Assembly: GCF_009914755.1 (NCBI RefSeq) | Contig: NC_060928.1 | DNA: 64,000 bases | Reading direction: 5' to 3' (one strand) | Source: the human T2T-CHM13v2.0 reference genome, Homo sapiens | In this document: one piece after another, positions 26,129 to 39,945 of the stretch | Layout of the letters: the number at the start of each line of letters is the position of its first letter | Numbering within the stretch: position 1 is the first letter of the stretch | The notes under the pieces: generated by a model | Seen by the model: the letters and a program-made list of their open reading frames with translations, nothing else | Told to the model about the DNA's origin: nothing | The model's database searches: none | Program-made: the position numbers and the translations under genes

Positions 26129-27144
26129 CTACAGACACGATCTCCTGCTTCATCTCCCTCCCCTGTTCTCCTTGGGAAAAAAAAAATGTTCACCATACAG
26201 GTTTCTCTCCTGAGCAGTATGAGGGATCCATAAATCAGGAATAGTTAATTTCCCCATCAAAGCTGGTAACATGTGAGCCCCCCATGCCCCAGGAAGCTAT
26301 GTCATTAGATTATTGAAAATCTATTCAAGTCAGTCTCTAGGTCAAAGCAAATTAGGAGAATGAAAACTTTGAACAAATATCTATGAATTTAAGTGAGGGG
26401 AGTGCAACAGATATTCCAGTTAGGTAAAGCAGGAAGGAAAAGAAATGAATTTACCCCAAACCCAAATACACAAATCGTCAAATAAGGCTAATTCCCTTCC
26501 ACTTTGTGAAAAGTTACCCAGAGCTTCTTGGACTAAGACAGCGGCAAACGCTGCAGGAATGTCTCTTTAGTCTCTGGATCCAATTGGGCAAGATATTGTT
26601 TTGTTTCCGTGTCTCCGGTTCTTATCAAAATTTTAGAAGAAGAACACTTTAAAAATGTCCAAAGGTGCCCCCATCTCTCAGGGTGTTTCAGAACAGGCAG
26701 CATACGGCCCAGATGCTCTGGAGCTGCGCCGAATATTCACTGTCCATAAAATCAACCACTCATTTGTCTTTGTAGCTGGGAGGTTTCCAAAGAGAACCTT
26801 CACCAAGGATTCCAGCTTGGAAATTCAAGCCCAGAGACAGTGACTAGACACACAAGCTTTTTAGCAGATAACACTGATTTGAAGCAGTTCTTTATTTGTA
26901 TTAATATCTGTCACTCAACAGATATTTTCGAATGGGCAAATAAAGCCAGGAAAGAATCGATGAATACATTGAATGTATACAATGAATACAACTCGACTGA
27001 TCCAAAATGATTTTAAAAGCAGGATGATTCCTATTGCATTTTAAAAAACAAAACAAGAACAGCTCTTACCTTACGTTTCACAGGCTTTCCCTCAGTATTC
27101 TTTACTCCCAGCTCAGAACTTTAGGGCCAAGATTGGCCCTGCTA

Positions 27145-27195
27145 CCTGGCAGATAGTAGGTGCTCAATAAACATTTGTTGAATAAATAGATGAGT
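27145..27195 (+). mobile_element. L2 3'-end remnant
   Basis: cctggcagatagtaggtgctcaataaacatttgttgaataaa. Confidence 0.7.
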
Positions 27196-27629
27196 GGATA
27201 ACCTTCAAAACTGCAGATTCAGCAAGGAAGCCTAGAAAACGAGTTTAGGTGCTTCCCGAAATGGAAATAAAGACTGAATTAAGCACACCCACACCCAGCA
27301 AACTCCTCCCCGAGGAACCCCCTGAGCTGACTCGTCCCTGCCCCATCTCCACCGCTCTTTCCCACGGAAGTGAAAGGTCCCTGTGTCCTTTCACTGGACC
27401 TGCCTGATTCATATTGAGGGTGGAGATTTGACCAGGGCCTGGCCCAAAGAGAGGCCTGGGGAAGGAGCTATTGAACACTTTACATGAGACAGTAAACCTT
27501 ACTGTAAATCTTACACCGCAGACGGTGTTACCCATTTCAATGGAAATGTGTCCTGTTTTACAAAATCTAGAGAAGTGAGTGAGTAATTTTTTGTAAAGAG
27601 CTTTTTGGACCCAAATCTAATAACACACA

Positions 27630-27815
27630 ACATATAGTAAAATGATATCTATATATAAAAGTATATAAAACAAGTATATAGTTAAGTTTGTCATACATAA
27701 ATTTATTATTTAATAAGTTAGAGATTAATATATATGACCTATAAATATATAATATATAATACATATATAAATATATAACATAGATGAATAGATACACACT
27801 ATATAAATACATTAT
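27630..27815. repeat. AT-rich / (TA)n low-complexity tract
   Basis: atatataatatataatacatatataaatatataa and similar runs. Confidence 0.85.
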
Positions 27816-27819
27816 TTAT

Positions 27820-28340
27820 TTCCCTCCCCGCTGGGAAAAAAATCTGATAATTCTACCAGTTTCCATTGGTTTAACTTTACTGATTGGATTATCTCTTGTA
27901 TGTAACTTGAAAATGTGGAACTTAAAAACATTTAACAAAAGACAGATAGTCTTCCTGGATATTACATGTATAGAGGCAAATTCAAAACAGAAAGCCAATA
28001 CCGAATGGGTATTAGAAACGAATTGCCTGATTAAATCTTGTCTGAATTATCAGGTACATAATAAGGCAAGTGTTAGCTTTGCAGCAGAGCTGAGCCGTCA
28101 CTCTGTGTGGCTCGCCTTCATCTAAAAGAGACCAGATACTTCTCGGTGGCAACTAAGAACCAACATTTTTCTTATTTAAGATGATTGGAATGACGGATGC
28201 ATAAATCATAACATATGAAATTCCCCCCGTCACTTAGACCCCTTTAATACTAAACATTTGTTCCAATTTCTTGACCACCGCTGCACCCGGAGCTGCTTAC
28301 CAGTTACGCCTGTGCTGATGCAGGCATTTTCTAAAATGCT
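27820..28340. promoter_or_regulatory. Candidate enhancer / conserved non-coding element
   Basis: Unique sequence with CATAAATCAT (28200-28209), TGATTGG (27881-27887, 28182-28188), GGATTA (27886-27891) and CCAAT (27995-27999). Confidence 0.4.
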
Positions 28341-28635
28341 CCATCACCTTGGCCCTCAAGGTGCTGTCTTGAAACTAGGAGGTCAGGATGTAAATGAAGG
28401 ATGACTGAAACGCATTGGCTTAATCAACGATGGATGGCATGTGGCAATCATTTTTGGGCTTCTTCTAGATATTTGTAAAGAAGGTACCATGGCTTGGTTG
28501 ATCATCTGAATATGATTATTTTTGGTGGGGAAGTAGGGGGTTGTATTTGTTTACCTCGCATTTTCTCAGGATTGCAAACTGATCCATAACTCTCCTGAAA
28601 GACTCTTAACTTTTAAGAACATAATTTAATGGTCT

Positions 28636-28843
<208 letters not shown>

Positions 28844-29338
28844 TCAGCCACGCCCACCCACCTGTTCTCCAACCCTAAATGATGGGGTCACACTCAACTT
28901 TGAAGCTCATACCTTTCCACCAGCTGCACCCAAGAACCTGGGGACGACCTAAAGCAGTCAGAGGAGGCCTCACATAGGGATGTTGAGAGGCAGCTGCTGT
29001 GCTGAAAGGAGCCTCGAACTGGTGAACAGTGGGGAAGGGGACAGACATACGAAGCCAGGAGGCCCCTAGGCAGGGCCTGTACCTCTGAATTAGCCTTCAG
29101 GGAATCCAGGAGACAGACACTGCCAGGGGGTGTGTTCCCGATTCCTCTGGGGACTGGGCCTTCAGCTGTGCAGAGCAGGATGGATGATGCCCATTTCAAA
29201 GGAGCAGAAACTGAGGCTGGGGCAGGGGCTGGCGTGCAAAGCCTTGGCTTGGGTCCCATGGGTGTAAGCCATGGAGTTTGCGCCTGCTTTCCACGTGTCG
29301 GGGAACTGGATAAGGTCTGCTGAGGCCTTGCTGAGTGT

Positions 29339-29353
29339 GCACTAGGTGGCCAC
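29339..29353 (+). promoter_or_regulatory. Possible CTCF-like motif
   Basis: GCACTAGGTGGCCAC partly matches the CTCF core CCACTAGGTGGC; mismatch at a key position. Confidence 0.2.
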
Positions 29354-29749
29354 TCTCCGGCAGCTGGCTGGAGCAGTGCTGAAGCCGATCTTGTGCTCTG
29401 ATAGGTGTGGTCACTGCCCAACCCCCTCACACAAGAGCACACCGACAGCAAAGCCGGGCCCAGCCCAAGATGCCCATCCATGCCTCAGTTTCCTCTTTGG
29501 TGGTGGCCCTTCCTGTGAATGCCGTTCCCCCTGCAGAGAAGAGGGGGCGGGGACAGCAGGGGCGCTGCAGAGGAGAGGGCTGGCCGGTTCTCCTCCCTTC
29601 TGGGGCTGCAGCCAGTGGGGCCACCAAGCCTCCCTTTTTGTGTGAATCAGGCTGAAAAGAACCATGGGGGAAGGAGGGACCGAGACCCAACTCAAATTAG
29701 GACTGTGGATTTTCCTTAGTGAGTTGTTCTAGAATGTTCCTAGGACAGA

Positions 29750-29958
29750 GCAGAGAGATGGAGCAGAAAGAGGAAGAAGAGAAGGAGGAGGAATAGAAGA
29801 ATAAATAGGAGGAGGAAAAGAGAGAGCCAGAGAAACAGAGAGAGAGAGACAGAGAGAGAGGAGGTCTGGAGGACAGAGAGGGAGAGACCAGGAGAGGGGA
29901 ACAAAGAGACAGAGACCTGGAGAAAGGGACAGAGGCAGAGACAGAGACACAGAGAGAT
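29750..29958 (+). repeat. GA-rich low-complexity repeat
   Basis: agagagagagacagagagagagga...gagacagagacacagagaga. Confidence 0.9.
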
Positions 29959-32519
29959 GGACTGGGAGTTTCGGTGGGGCTGGGGACAGGTGTTGAGATC
30001 CTGGATGTCATTTGTCAATGGAGGGTGCTGGCAGCACTAAACCCCGTGATGGGGCGGGCGGGAGGGCCGGGGATGGCAGGGGCAGGTGGGTGGCAGGCCC
30101 GAGGGTCCAGGCTCAGGGTAGACCCAGGCGGGAGCATCATGGAGGTGGTGTCCACCAGCAGGGCTAATGGGGAGGCTGCCAAGAGAGGTTCCAGTCAGGA
30201 GACAGGAGGAGCCACTGGGGGACCGAGAGGCCACGGTCAGGGAGGGGAAAGGAAAACAAGAGGCTGAATCCAAAAGCCGAGCAACCGAGGGTGGACGTCC
30301 CCGCTGGCCCGCCCCTCCTCCCTGGATGGGTATTCTCGGATGCGCCTGCTTCCCCAACACAAGCCCCCCTGCTAAGAGTAAAGACAACAACTGACACTCA
30401 TGTGTGGGACTCTACAGCTGGCAAATTTCCTCCCAATGTGGTTCTCACGGATGCACACTGTTCCAAAGCCCAGAGAGTCTGCGCCACTTGCCCAAGGTCA
30501 CACAGGAGGGCAAGCTGGGGTACGAGCCCAAGACAAGTCCCGCCACCCTCCTCATGCTGAAGCTCACCTGGAGAATGTCCGGAAGAATGCGCTGTGGACA
30601 GAAGACACCCCTCCCCCTCCTCGCAGGTTCCTGCCGCACCCTGGGAACAGTGCCCTGGGGATACCGGGCCCTTGGGTTGCTGCAGGATCAATCTCTTTGC
30701 CTTCAGCTTCCACCAATGCCGGGTTTGCAGGGAGAGGCAGCCGGGACTGGGCATGTGGCCATGTGCAGGGCTGCGGAGTCCACTCGCTGGTGCCTGGTGT
30801 GTGGCCTGTGAGTCCCTCTGCCAGGTGTGATGGCCGGGCCGCCACAGGGCAGCTGGTCTTGGGGCGCCTGTGAGCCAGAGCAGAGCCGGCAGGAACAAGG
30901 CTGCGGGCGCCTAATGAGAGCCAGGTGGGGCCACACCTCGCCTGTCGGCGGCACCTCCTGGCTTTGATCAGTGATAAGGGACTAAGTGTTCCCAGGACCC
31001 CTGCCCTCCCCCACAGCCGGCTCCTGGCCTGGCCACCGCTTCCCCTTCAAAGCCACCTCTCATCACCCAGCCACAGGGCAGACAGAGGCAGAGGTGGAGG
31101 GGCCCCGGCTGGAGGGGCCAGGGGCGGGGCAGAGGTCCTGCTTCCCTGGGATCCATTTCTCCAACACTACTGCAAAGCCCCACGTGCTGTATAAACACAC
31201 AGGCACACCCCAACACCACCCACTCCCAGCCCAGACCTAGAGGAAGCTTCCCTCCTCCCGGCCCTCGGCTCAGCCACCCACTTGTCCTCACGGGGCTGCC
31301 CCACCAGCCAGCAGGCCTCCTCCACGGTGAAGCCTGGAAACCCCTGCTCCACGGCCTCCCTAAGAGCCAGGCATCCCTGTCCCTGTCGGGGAAGGATCCC
31401 CCGCACCCCCTCCCTCCTCTCTATTTTGTTTTGGTGATTTTTTTAATTATTAAAAAAATGGAGCTTTAAAGTCTACTTTGCCCCAAAACTGGAGCAAAGC
31501 CGTGTGGAGGGACAGTGACCCTGACCCCGGTGTGGGACCGTGAGAGTGCAGGAGGGAGGCCGTTGGCCAAGGCTGCTGAAGCCCCCACGGCTTCTGATCC
31601 TTCCCCGCCCTTCAAAGTCTCACGGATGACCCTGGACCCATGGACTCCAGGCAGGTGTGGGGTGTCTGCACTGTCACTTGGGGTCACACTCACAGCCCTG
31701 TGATGCCTGGGGTGTCTGTCCTTGTCTGCTCATGGACGGGGCTCCCTGCTCTGAGGACACGACATGGGGGTGGAATCTGCCTGTATTTGGGGGGCGGGCG
31801 GGTGCAGGCACAGCTGCTGTGGGGCTCCTCATGAGTATGGCAACCTCATTAGTAAAGCAATCAACACTTGGTCACCAGCAGGGCTTCAGAGCCAGCAACC
31901 TGGGGGTGGGCAGCCCCCACCCTGTGTCTCCCAGCTGTGGATCTCCTGCTGGTTGACCTCCCCAGGTGGGAAGGAGAATTGAGAGGGTTAATGCAGATGA
32001 AGCCCACGGAGCAGAGCTGGGGCCCCACCACTCAGCTGCTCCTGCTGTTATCACCATTACCACCCTCACGGCAGCTGCCCAGGAGAAGTGCCAGGCTCAG
32101 GCTGGCTGGGGCAGGCAGGTGTGTGTTGAATGACTAAGCAAATGCTCTGACATCGGCCCCGGGAGGCCCAGAGGAATTAACAGCCTCCCCCAGTCTTCAG
32201 CTGTTTGCAGCCATAGGCTCCCTGTGCATATGACCGCCACTTGCAGGAGGCTCAGGGTGAAGCTGTCCCCTCCCACCGCCCACTCTGCACCCTCCCAGTG
32301 GTCCCTCCACCAACAGAGTAACGGTGCCCAGAGCAAAGGCCACAGCTCCGCTGCCCAGTGGCTCGGGAGTGTTGCTCTGAAGTTCTTCCTGGGGCCCAGC
32401 CTAGAGCTCACTCCTGCAGCAATGCACTGTATATATGTGCACGCTGCCGGTCACAATCACGATCCTAACGTTTAGAGTAATTCCTGATAAATGATAGGTG
32501 GCCTGATTAAGATCCAGTT

Positions 32520-32563
32520 ACTATTTGTTGAATGAGTGAAGGAATGAATGAATGAATGAATGA
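32520..32563 (+). repeat. (TGAA)n tract, probable L2 3' tail
   Basis: tatttgttgaatgagtgaaggaatgaatgaatgaatgaatga. Confidence 0.75.
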
Positions 32564-32651
32564 TTGCAGGTTATTCGTACACTGATGATCTTATTTAATA
32601 TTTACCAAAAGAAAGATGCCTGTGCTGGCAGTTATGTGATGAACAGCCCCA

Positions 32652-33107
32652 TTTGTTAGTTTCCCAGGCTGCCATAACACGGTACCACAAACTGGGTGGC
32701 TGAAAACAATAGGAATTATGTCTCCAGTTCTAGAGTCCAGAAGTCTGAAGTCACGGTGTGCAGGGCTGGCTCCTCGGGGGGCTGCCGGGTGGGGGTGTCA
32801 TTCCCTGACTCTTCCTGGCTTCTGAGGGCTCTGGCATTCCTTGGTATTTCTTGGGCAGGTGGAGGCATCACTCTGATCGCTGCCTTCGCCTTCACACGGC
32901 CGGCTTCCCTCCGTGTCTGTCTCTTCTCCGCTGCTTATAAGGACCCCAGTCATTGCATTTAGGGCCCACCCTACTCCAGTGTGACCTCATCTTAACATAG
33001 GTAATTGCACCTGCAAGGACCCTATTTCCAAATAAGGTGACTGTCACAGGTATTGGAGGTAGGACTTAGATGTGTCCTTTTAGGGGAGCACTGCTCACCC
33101 CAGTGCA
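32652..33107 (-). mobile_element. MLT1C-like MaLR solo LTR
   Basis: ggctgccataacacggtaccacaaactgggtggctgaaaacaa...cttataaggaccccagtcattgcatttagggcccaccct...ccctatttccaaataaggt. Confidence 0.88.
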
Positions 33108-34760
33108 CCCTGTTTTCTAGGCTCATACTCACAGACAAAGCTGCAGAGTCAGAGGGCTCAGGGCCCTCCACCAGCCCAGGCTTTCGGGAGACAGGAACTG
33201 AGAGGTGGCCTGGCCGAGCTGCTTCCTGGAGGTTCTGAGGCCCTGACTGTGACTCTTCCTGCCACCCTGGGCTGCCGGGCAGACACCGGATGTGAATTTA
33301 CACATGAGTATTGCAGCAGGGGCCGCCACCAACCCTGTCCCCCACCAACGGGTGCAGTCAGTCAACTGCTGGCTCGGCCCCACTGGCCTCCATTCTGGAG
33401 AATGGTCACTGCTCCCAAAGCAAAGCTTGTGTCCAGTTGCCCACACCGCAGTCAGATAGAATTGTTCTCTGACCAATGGGTGGGGGCTGCAGGAGCACAG
33501 AAGGTGTGGCCTCCTGGGTTAACCCCTAACTTGGAGCAGAAGAGGGGCTTTAACAAGGACCTGGTGGGAATGGTAAGCCCAGAAGGCTTCCTGGAGGAGG
33601 TGATGGGCGCACAGAGAAGAGGGAGCTGGGGTTGAGGCTGGAGGGAAGGTTCTAGCGAAGGCCAGCAAGGAAGAGGGTGGGAAGGTCCGTCCCATTCTGG
33701 ACAAGGCTGGGCCACTGGAGACAGGCCTGGGAGAGAGGGTCTACCCAGCATGGAGGCCTCTATGAAGGACAGAGGGTGCACTGGTTTGCTTTGCTGCTGA
33801 TGGAGCCCAGTAGCCCCTGCCAGTGCTGGATTGAGACAATGGAGTTTGAGGGAGAAGGAGTTGCGGGGAGGCCCTCAGAGGCGTGGGCTGGTTACTCGGT
33901 AGCCATCTCCTCAGCGCTTCCCTCCTGCCGGGGCTGAGTGGCCACCAGGGTGGGTGGAGTAGGGATTTGGGCCACTTCCCCAGGCTTCGGCTTCCTGTGT
34001 GCAGTAGGTGCCTTTGGCTGGTGCATCCTGAGTACTCAGAGTTTGCTGTAGCCGAGAATTTCCCAGGGAGACAGTGGAATCTGGGGTCAGTGAGCTGGAG
34101 AGGGGCCTACGCCTTCACCTCATGCTCCCTGCAAGAAAGTTCAGGATCCCTGTCCTCCCCCAGGGCAGAGGTGGGTGGAAATGGGTGGACCACAGCTTCT
34201 AAATCCATCTCTACCCCGAGCCTGGGGTGGCCTTGGGCAGGAGGGCAGGAGATCTTGTGTCTCTGGGTCTCTGTTTCCTCATCTGTGAAGAGGGCGATGC
34301 TGGCGGCTGCCCCAGGTGCTGTGAGACAGAAGGAGCAGATGCAGGAAAAGCCCCCCAGTGGCACAGCAGGCCGGAGACACCCCGGGACGTGCACGCTCCG
34401 CTTGGCCTGGCCTGGCCTGGTGGTCTTCATATTTGCTAACTGTATGGAAAGACGGAGTTTTCTTTCTTTAGAATAATACAAATGAATTCACTCATGCTAC
34501 AGAAACCGATCGAGCTCCACTGGGCAGGGCGCTTGGGATGTGTCAGTGAGTGAGGCAGCTGCATCTGCCTACCCATCGTGTTTGCACTGGGAGGTGGCGT
34601 GGGGGAGGGAGATGGGTGATAAACTACAAAGACAGCAGGCGACTGTCTGCTAGACAGACAGATGGACACTGGGGGACAGCAACAAACAGAGCCGGAGAAG
34701 GGGATGGAAAGGGCTGGGGCAGGAAGGGAGGCTGGGTGCAGCTTCAGACAGTGGCCCAGA

Positions 34761-35012
34761 GCTCATGGAAGGGGGCGTCATGGAGCGGGGGCCTTGTGGA
34801 GTGGGGGGCCTTGCAGGGGGACCTCATGGAGAGGGGAGCCTCAGGTGGGGGGCGTCATGGAAAGGAGGGCTTCGTGGTGGGGGGTCTGGAAGGGGACCTT
34901 GTAGGTGGCTTCATGGAGAGGGAGATCTCATGGAGAAGGGGGCCCTCATGGGAGGGCTCAAGTAGGGGGGCCTTGCATGGGGGCCTCGTGGAGGAGAGGC
35001 AGCATGAGGGGG
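34761..35012 (+). repeat. Degenerate G-rich minisatellite (about 15-17 bp unit, CCTCATGGAGAGGGGG-like)
   Basis: Recurrent tcatggag/ccttg units followed by G-runs. Confidence 0.7.
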
Positions 35013-35334
35013 TGAGGAGTGAGCCTTAGAGAACCTGCCGGAAGGGCATTCCAAGCAGAGCGAGCAGGTGGCACAGAGGCCTATGGGGTGCACCAGGGCT
35101 GGGCTGGGGCAGTGTGAGTGGGGGAGGGGCTGGGAGCTGGAGCCAAGGCTGCAGGCCCAGCTCATGGTACCTGGGTGACCACTGCCAAGGCCATGGGCTT
35201 TAACCCCGAGTGGGAGGAGGGGCCTGTGCAGCATTCAGAGCCGAGGAGGGGCATGACCCAATGACACCGATCCTTTAAGAGGACAAGGTGCAGCATGCTC
35301 ACTCGCTGGGGCTGAGCAGGTCAAGCCGTATTTC

Positions 35335-35410
35335 AGATGTCCCCCAAAGACAGATCTAAGTTGTAACCCCGGTACCTGTGAAGGGGACCCTATTTGGAAA
35401 TAGGGTGGAG
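35335..35410 (+). mobile_element. MLT1 5'-end fragment
   Basis: cccccaaagacagatctaagttgtaaccccggtacctgtgaaggggaccctatttggaaatagggt. Confidence 0.6.
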
Positions 35411-36019
35411 GCGGCCTTGCTGGCGGCCTGGCTGGGGCATGAGGGGCATGGGGGACGATGTTCAGGTTCAGGGCCAGATGAAGCAAGGGAAGTCTGGATA
35501 CACCCCCCAGCCAGACACAGGCCTTGGGGCAGGTCTCAGCAGGATGACGGCAGCTCAGGTGTGGCCGAGCTGTTGAGTTTGCTCTGCGGGTGAGACGTCT
35601 ACTGGAGAGGTGGAGGGTGGTAGGTAGAGACGCAGGAGGCTTGCAGGGAATGAGGCCTGGCCTGGAGATAGAGCGGTATAAATGTTGCACAAGTCAACAC
35701 ACGTGGTGATGTAGGTGATGTGTCGAGGTCCTGCCCATTTCTAAAAGGAAGGTGTTGAGCAAGAACCAGCTCTCAAGTTGAGTCTGTGACTGCAGCAGCA
35801 TGAGAAGGAGCAGGGGTGGGGGCCTTCGCAGGTTCCGGAGGTGACAGGGTCAGGGGATGCTGCCACCAAGCTCTGTGATCAGAGAGAGGCCGGGTGAGCC
35901 CCATCTGGCACCTTCACACATGGTCATCTCCTCACCTGGCGCCCCTTCCCTGGGGTCGGCCTCTAACCTCAGACCAAGAAGAGCTGTGCTTCTTCCCAAA
36001 AGGCCTTTTCAAAAACCAC

Positions 36020-36308
36020 AGAGTTTTTGCATGGTGGATGTAGGAACTGATGCATTTTTCACCCTCGCCCTGGTTGCTAGAAGGCTCGGGACAAACCCAG
36101 GGTCCCTTCATGTGAGTGGGAAGTTTTCGGGGACTATTTGGTAAACTGGGTCATATCCGAGCCAGGACAGGTCCCCTGACCTTATGTGATCTTTGCTCAG
36201 ACTTCCTTGTTCATTAAAATCACATATTCACTGTTTGGGTTCTACCACCCACCTATACTAGTAAATTCATTTATGTCTCCAAGTATTGGACTTAATTGCT
36301 ATCTAACA
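36020..36308 (+). mobile_element. Possible ERVL-type LTR 3' remnant
   Basis: ATTAAA signal followed by LTR-like U5 ending in ...ctaaca; family not recognised. Confidence 0.25.
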
Positions 36309-36502
36309 GTGGAGTGTTCGCCTGGCCAGCCCTTGTAAGTCATCTGCCTTAGACTTGTGCCCACAGTGGGTGGCCAGTTGCTGGAGAGAACTCCCAGGCT
36401 GCACCAGGCATGTTCACCTGGAGCCCGGGGAGAAGGTTCCTGTGGGACCCTCAAAGCGCCCTCAGTGTGTGGGGAGGGAGGGAACCTGGCGGCATCTCTT
36501 GA

Positions 36503-36975
<473 letters not shown>

Positions 36976-37109
36976 CAGGTCGAGGTCCACACTCTTGGCT
37001 GTGAGCATATGAATAGCTCACCTGGGAGACAGGTGTGTGTGTCCGAGCAGCACTCCACCAGGAGGCAGCATGGCTGGGCAAGACCCCTGAAGCCCTCCAG
37101 GGAGGAAGG

Positions 37110-37570
37110 CGTGGCCCCAGAGAAATGGCCCCTAAAGTGGTCCACGTTGGAATCCAGGAATCTGTGACTGTGTTAGGCTTTGTGGCCCCAGGACATCCAG
37201 ACTTCAAGTCAGTTGACTTGAGATGGAGAGATGATCCTGGATCATGACACAGGTCCTGCACTGGGCGGGAGGGAGGCAGAAGCAGGGCCAGAGTGACTCA
37301 GTGCAGGAAGACCTCCACCCACTGTGGTTGGCTTTACAGTGGGAGCTCAGGGCCACGAGCCAATGAATGTGGGCACCTCTAGGAGGTGGAAAAGGCAAGG
37401 ACTGGCTTCTCCCCTGGAGCCTTCAGAAGGAACGCAGCCTCACTGACACCTTGACATTATCCCAGTGAGACCCGTGCTGGACTACGAGCTCCAGGACCAT
37501 GAGATAATTACTGAGCACTGACCTGCCAAGTCCATGGTGTTTATTATGGCAGCCACAGGAGACGAACACC
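37110..37570 (+). mobile_element. MLT1D-like MaLR solo LTR
   Basis: aatggcccctaaag...cttgagatggagagatgatcctggat...ggccacgagccaatgaatgtggg...ggaaaaggcaagga...cttcagaaggaacgcagcc...cccagtgagacccg. Confidence 0.85.
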
Positions 37571-38008
37571 ACAAAGGGTTAAACACTGTTTCCCAGAAGG
37601 CTGGGGGAGGCTGAGCTGCCACAAAGGATATGGAGTGTCATGGATGGAGGATGAAACGGGCCCTCTCTCCCTCCTCTTGGTCAGCCTTGGCCGGAATGGG
37701 AGACCAAGGAGTTAGGCCAGGCAAGTGGAGGAAAACCTCAGAATCCAGGCAAAAGCTGAAGAAACTGAGGCCATTGTGTGCAGGGGGCAGGGGCACAGAT
37801 AGACCTTGTCACCTTCTCCACGTCTCAGAAGGGTTGTCACTGGCAGCGGAGCCCAAGAAAGGCTCGGCCTCTGTACTGGAGGAGGGGTCTCAGGGGTGGT
37901 GCACAATGCAGGGCGAACATTCATGGTAGTGAGCTCCCCAGCACTGGAGACGTACAAGCCAGGGTCAGTGTGCCACCATCAAGCCAGAAGGACAGCTGGC
38001 CCGGAGAC

Positions 38009-38264
38009 GCTGATAGAGTTCTCACGAGATCTGTTTGGTTGAAAGCGTGTAGCACCTCCCACTTTGCTCTCTTCCTATCGCTCCAGCCACATAAGATGTG
38101 CCAGCTTCCCCTTCATCTTCTGCCATGACTGTAAGTTTCCTGAGGCCTCCCCAGTCATGCTTCCTGTACAGACTGCAGAACCATGAGCCACTTAAACCTC
38201 TTTTCCTTATAAATCACCCAGTCTCAGATAGTTTTTTGTAGCAGTATGAGAACAGACTAATACA
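38009..38264 (+). mobile_element. MSTA-like MaLR LTR (5'-truncated)
   Basis: gagttctcacgagatctg...ccatgactgtaagtttcctgaggcctcccc...ttaaacctcttttccttataaatcacccagtctcag...gaacagactaataca. Confidence 0.88.
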
Positions 38265-38572
38265 CCAGGATTTCCCTTTCACTCCCTGACATCCACCCCC
38301 ATCTTGAGGCCTGAAAATGCCCAAGGGGAGGCCACAGGGATCTGGGGTTGCCTGACTCTGGGGCAGCCTGTCCACAGGAGAAGGGCTCAGCCTCAGCGGG
38401 CAGCTGACATCTGGGCATTGCAGCCACTGGCCCCACAAGGACAGGGCATGGTCAGACCCTCCAGCTGCGAAGAGGAAGGGGATACTCTGTACTCTGCCTC
38501 TAGGACCCCATGGGTGCCCAGCACCTCAGTTTACCCCAGAGATCTCCCTTGAGTAGTTTTGGGCCTATAGAG

Positions 38573-38911
38573 CAGGGATCTCCCACCCCTGGGCCTGGAC
38601 TGGTATCAGTCCATGGCCTGCTGGGAACCAGGTCTCACAGCAGGAGGTGAGTGGCAGGCAAGTGAGCATTCCCGCCTGAGCTCCACCTCCTGTCAGATCA
38701 GCAGCAGCATTAGAGTCTCATAGGAGATGAATCCCATTGCGAACTGTGCACACGAGGGATCTAGGTTTCATGCTCCTTATGATAATCTAATGCCTGATGA
38801 TCTGAGGTGGAACAGTTTCATCCCAAAATCATCCCTCCACCCAACCTGGTCTGTGGAAAAATTGCTTTCCACAAAATTAATCTCTGGTGCCAAAAAGGTT
38901 GGGGACTGCTG
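38573..38911 (+). mobile_element. MER1B (hAT-Charlie) DNA transposon
   Basis: cagcaggaggtgagtgg...ctccacctcctgtcagatcagc...tgatgatctgaggtggaacagtttcatccc...ggtgccaaaaaggttggggactgctg. Confidence 0.92.
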
Positions 38912-38920
38912 CTATATGAG

Positions 38921-39945
<1,025 letters not shown>

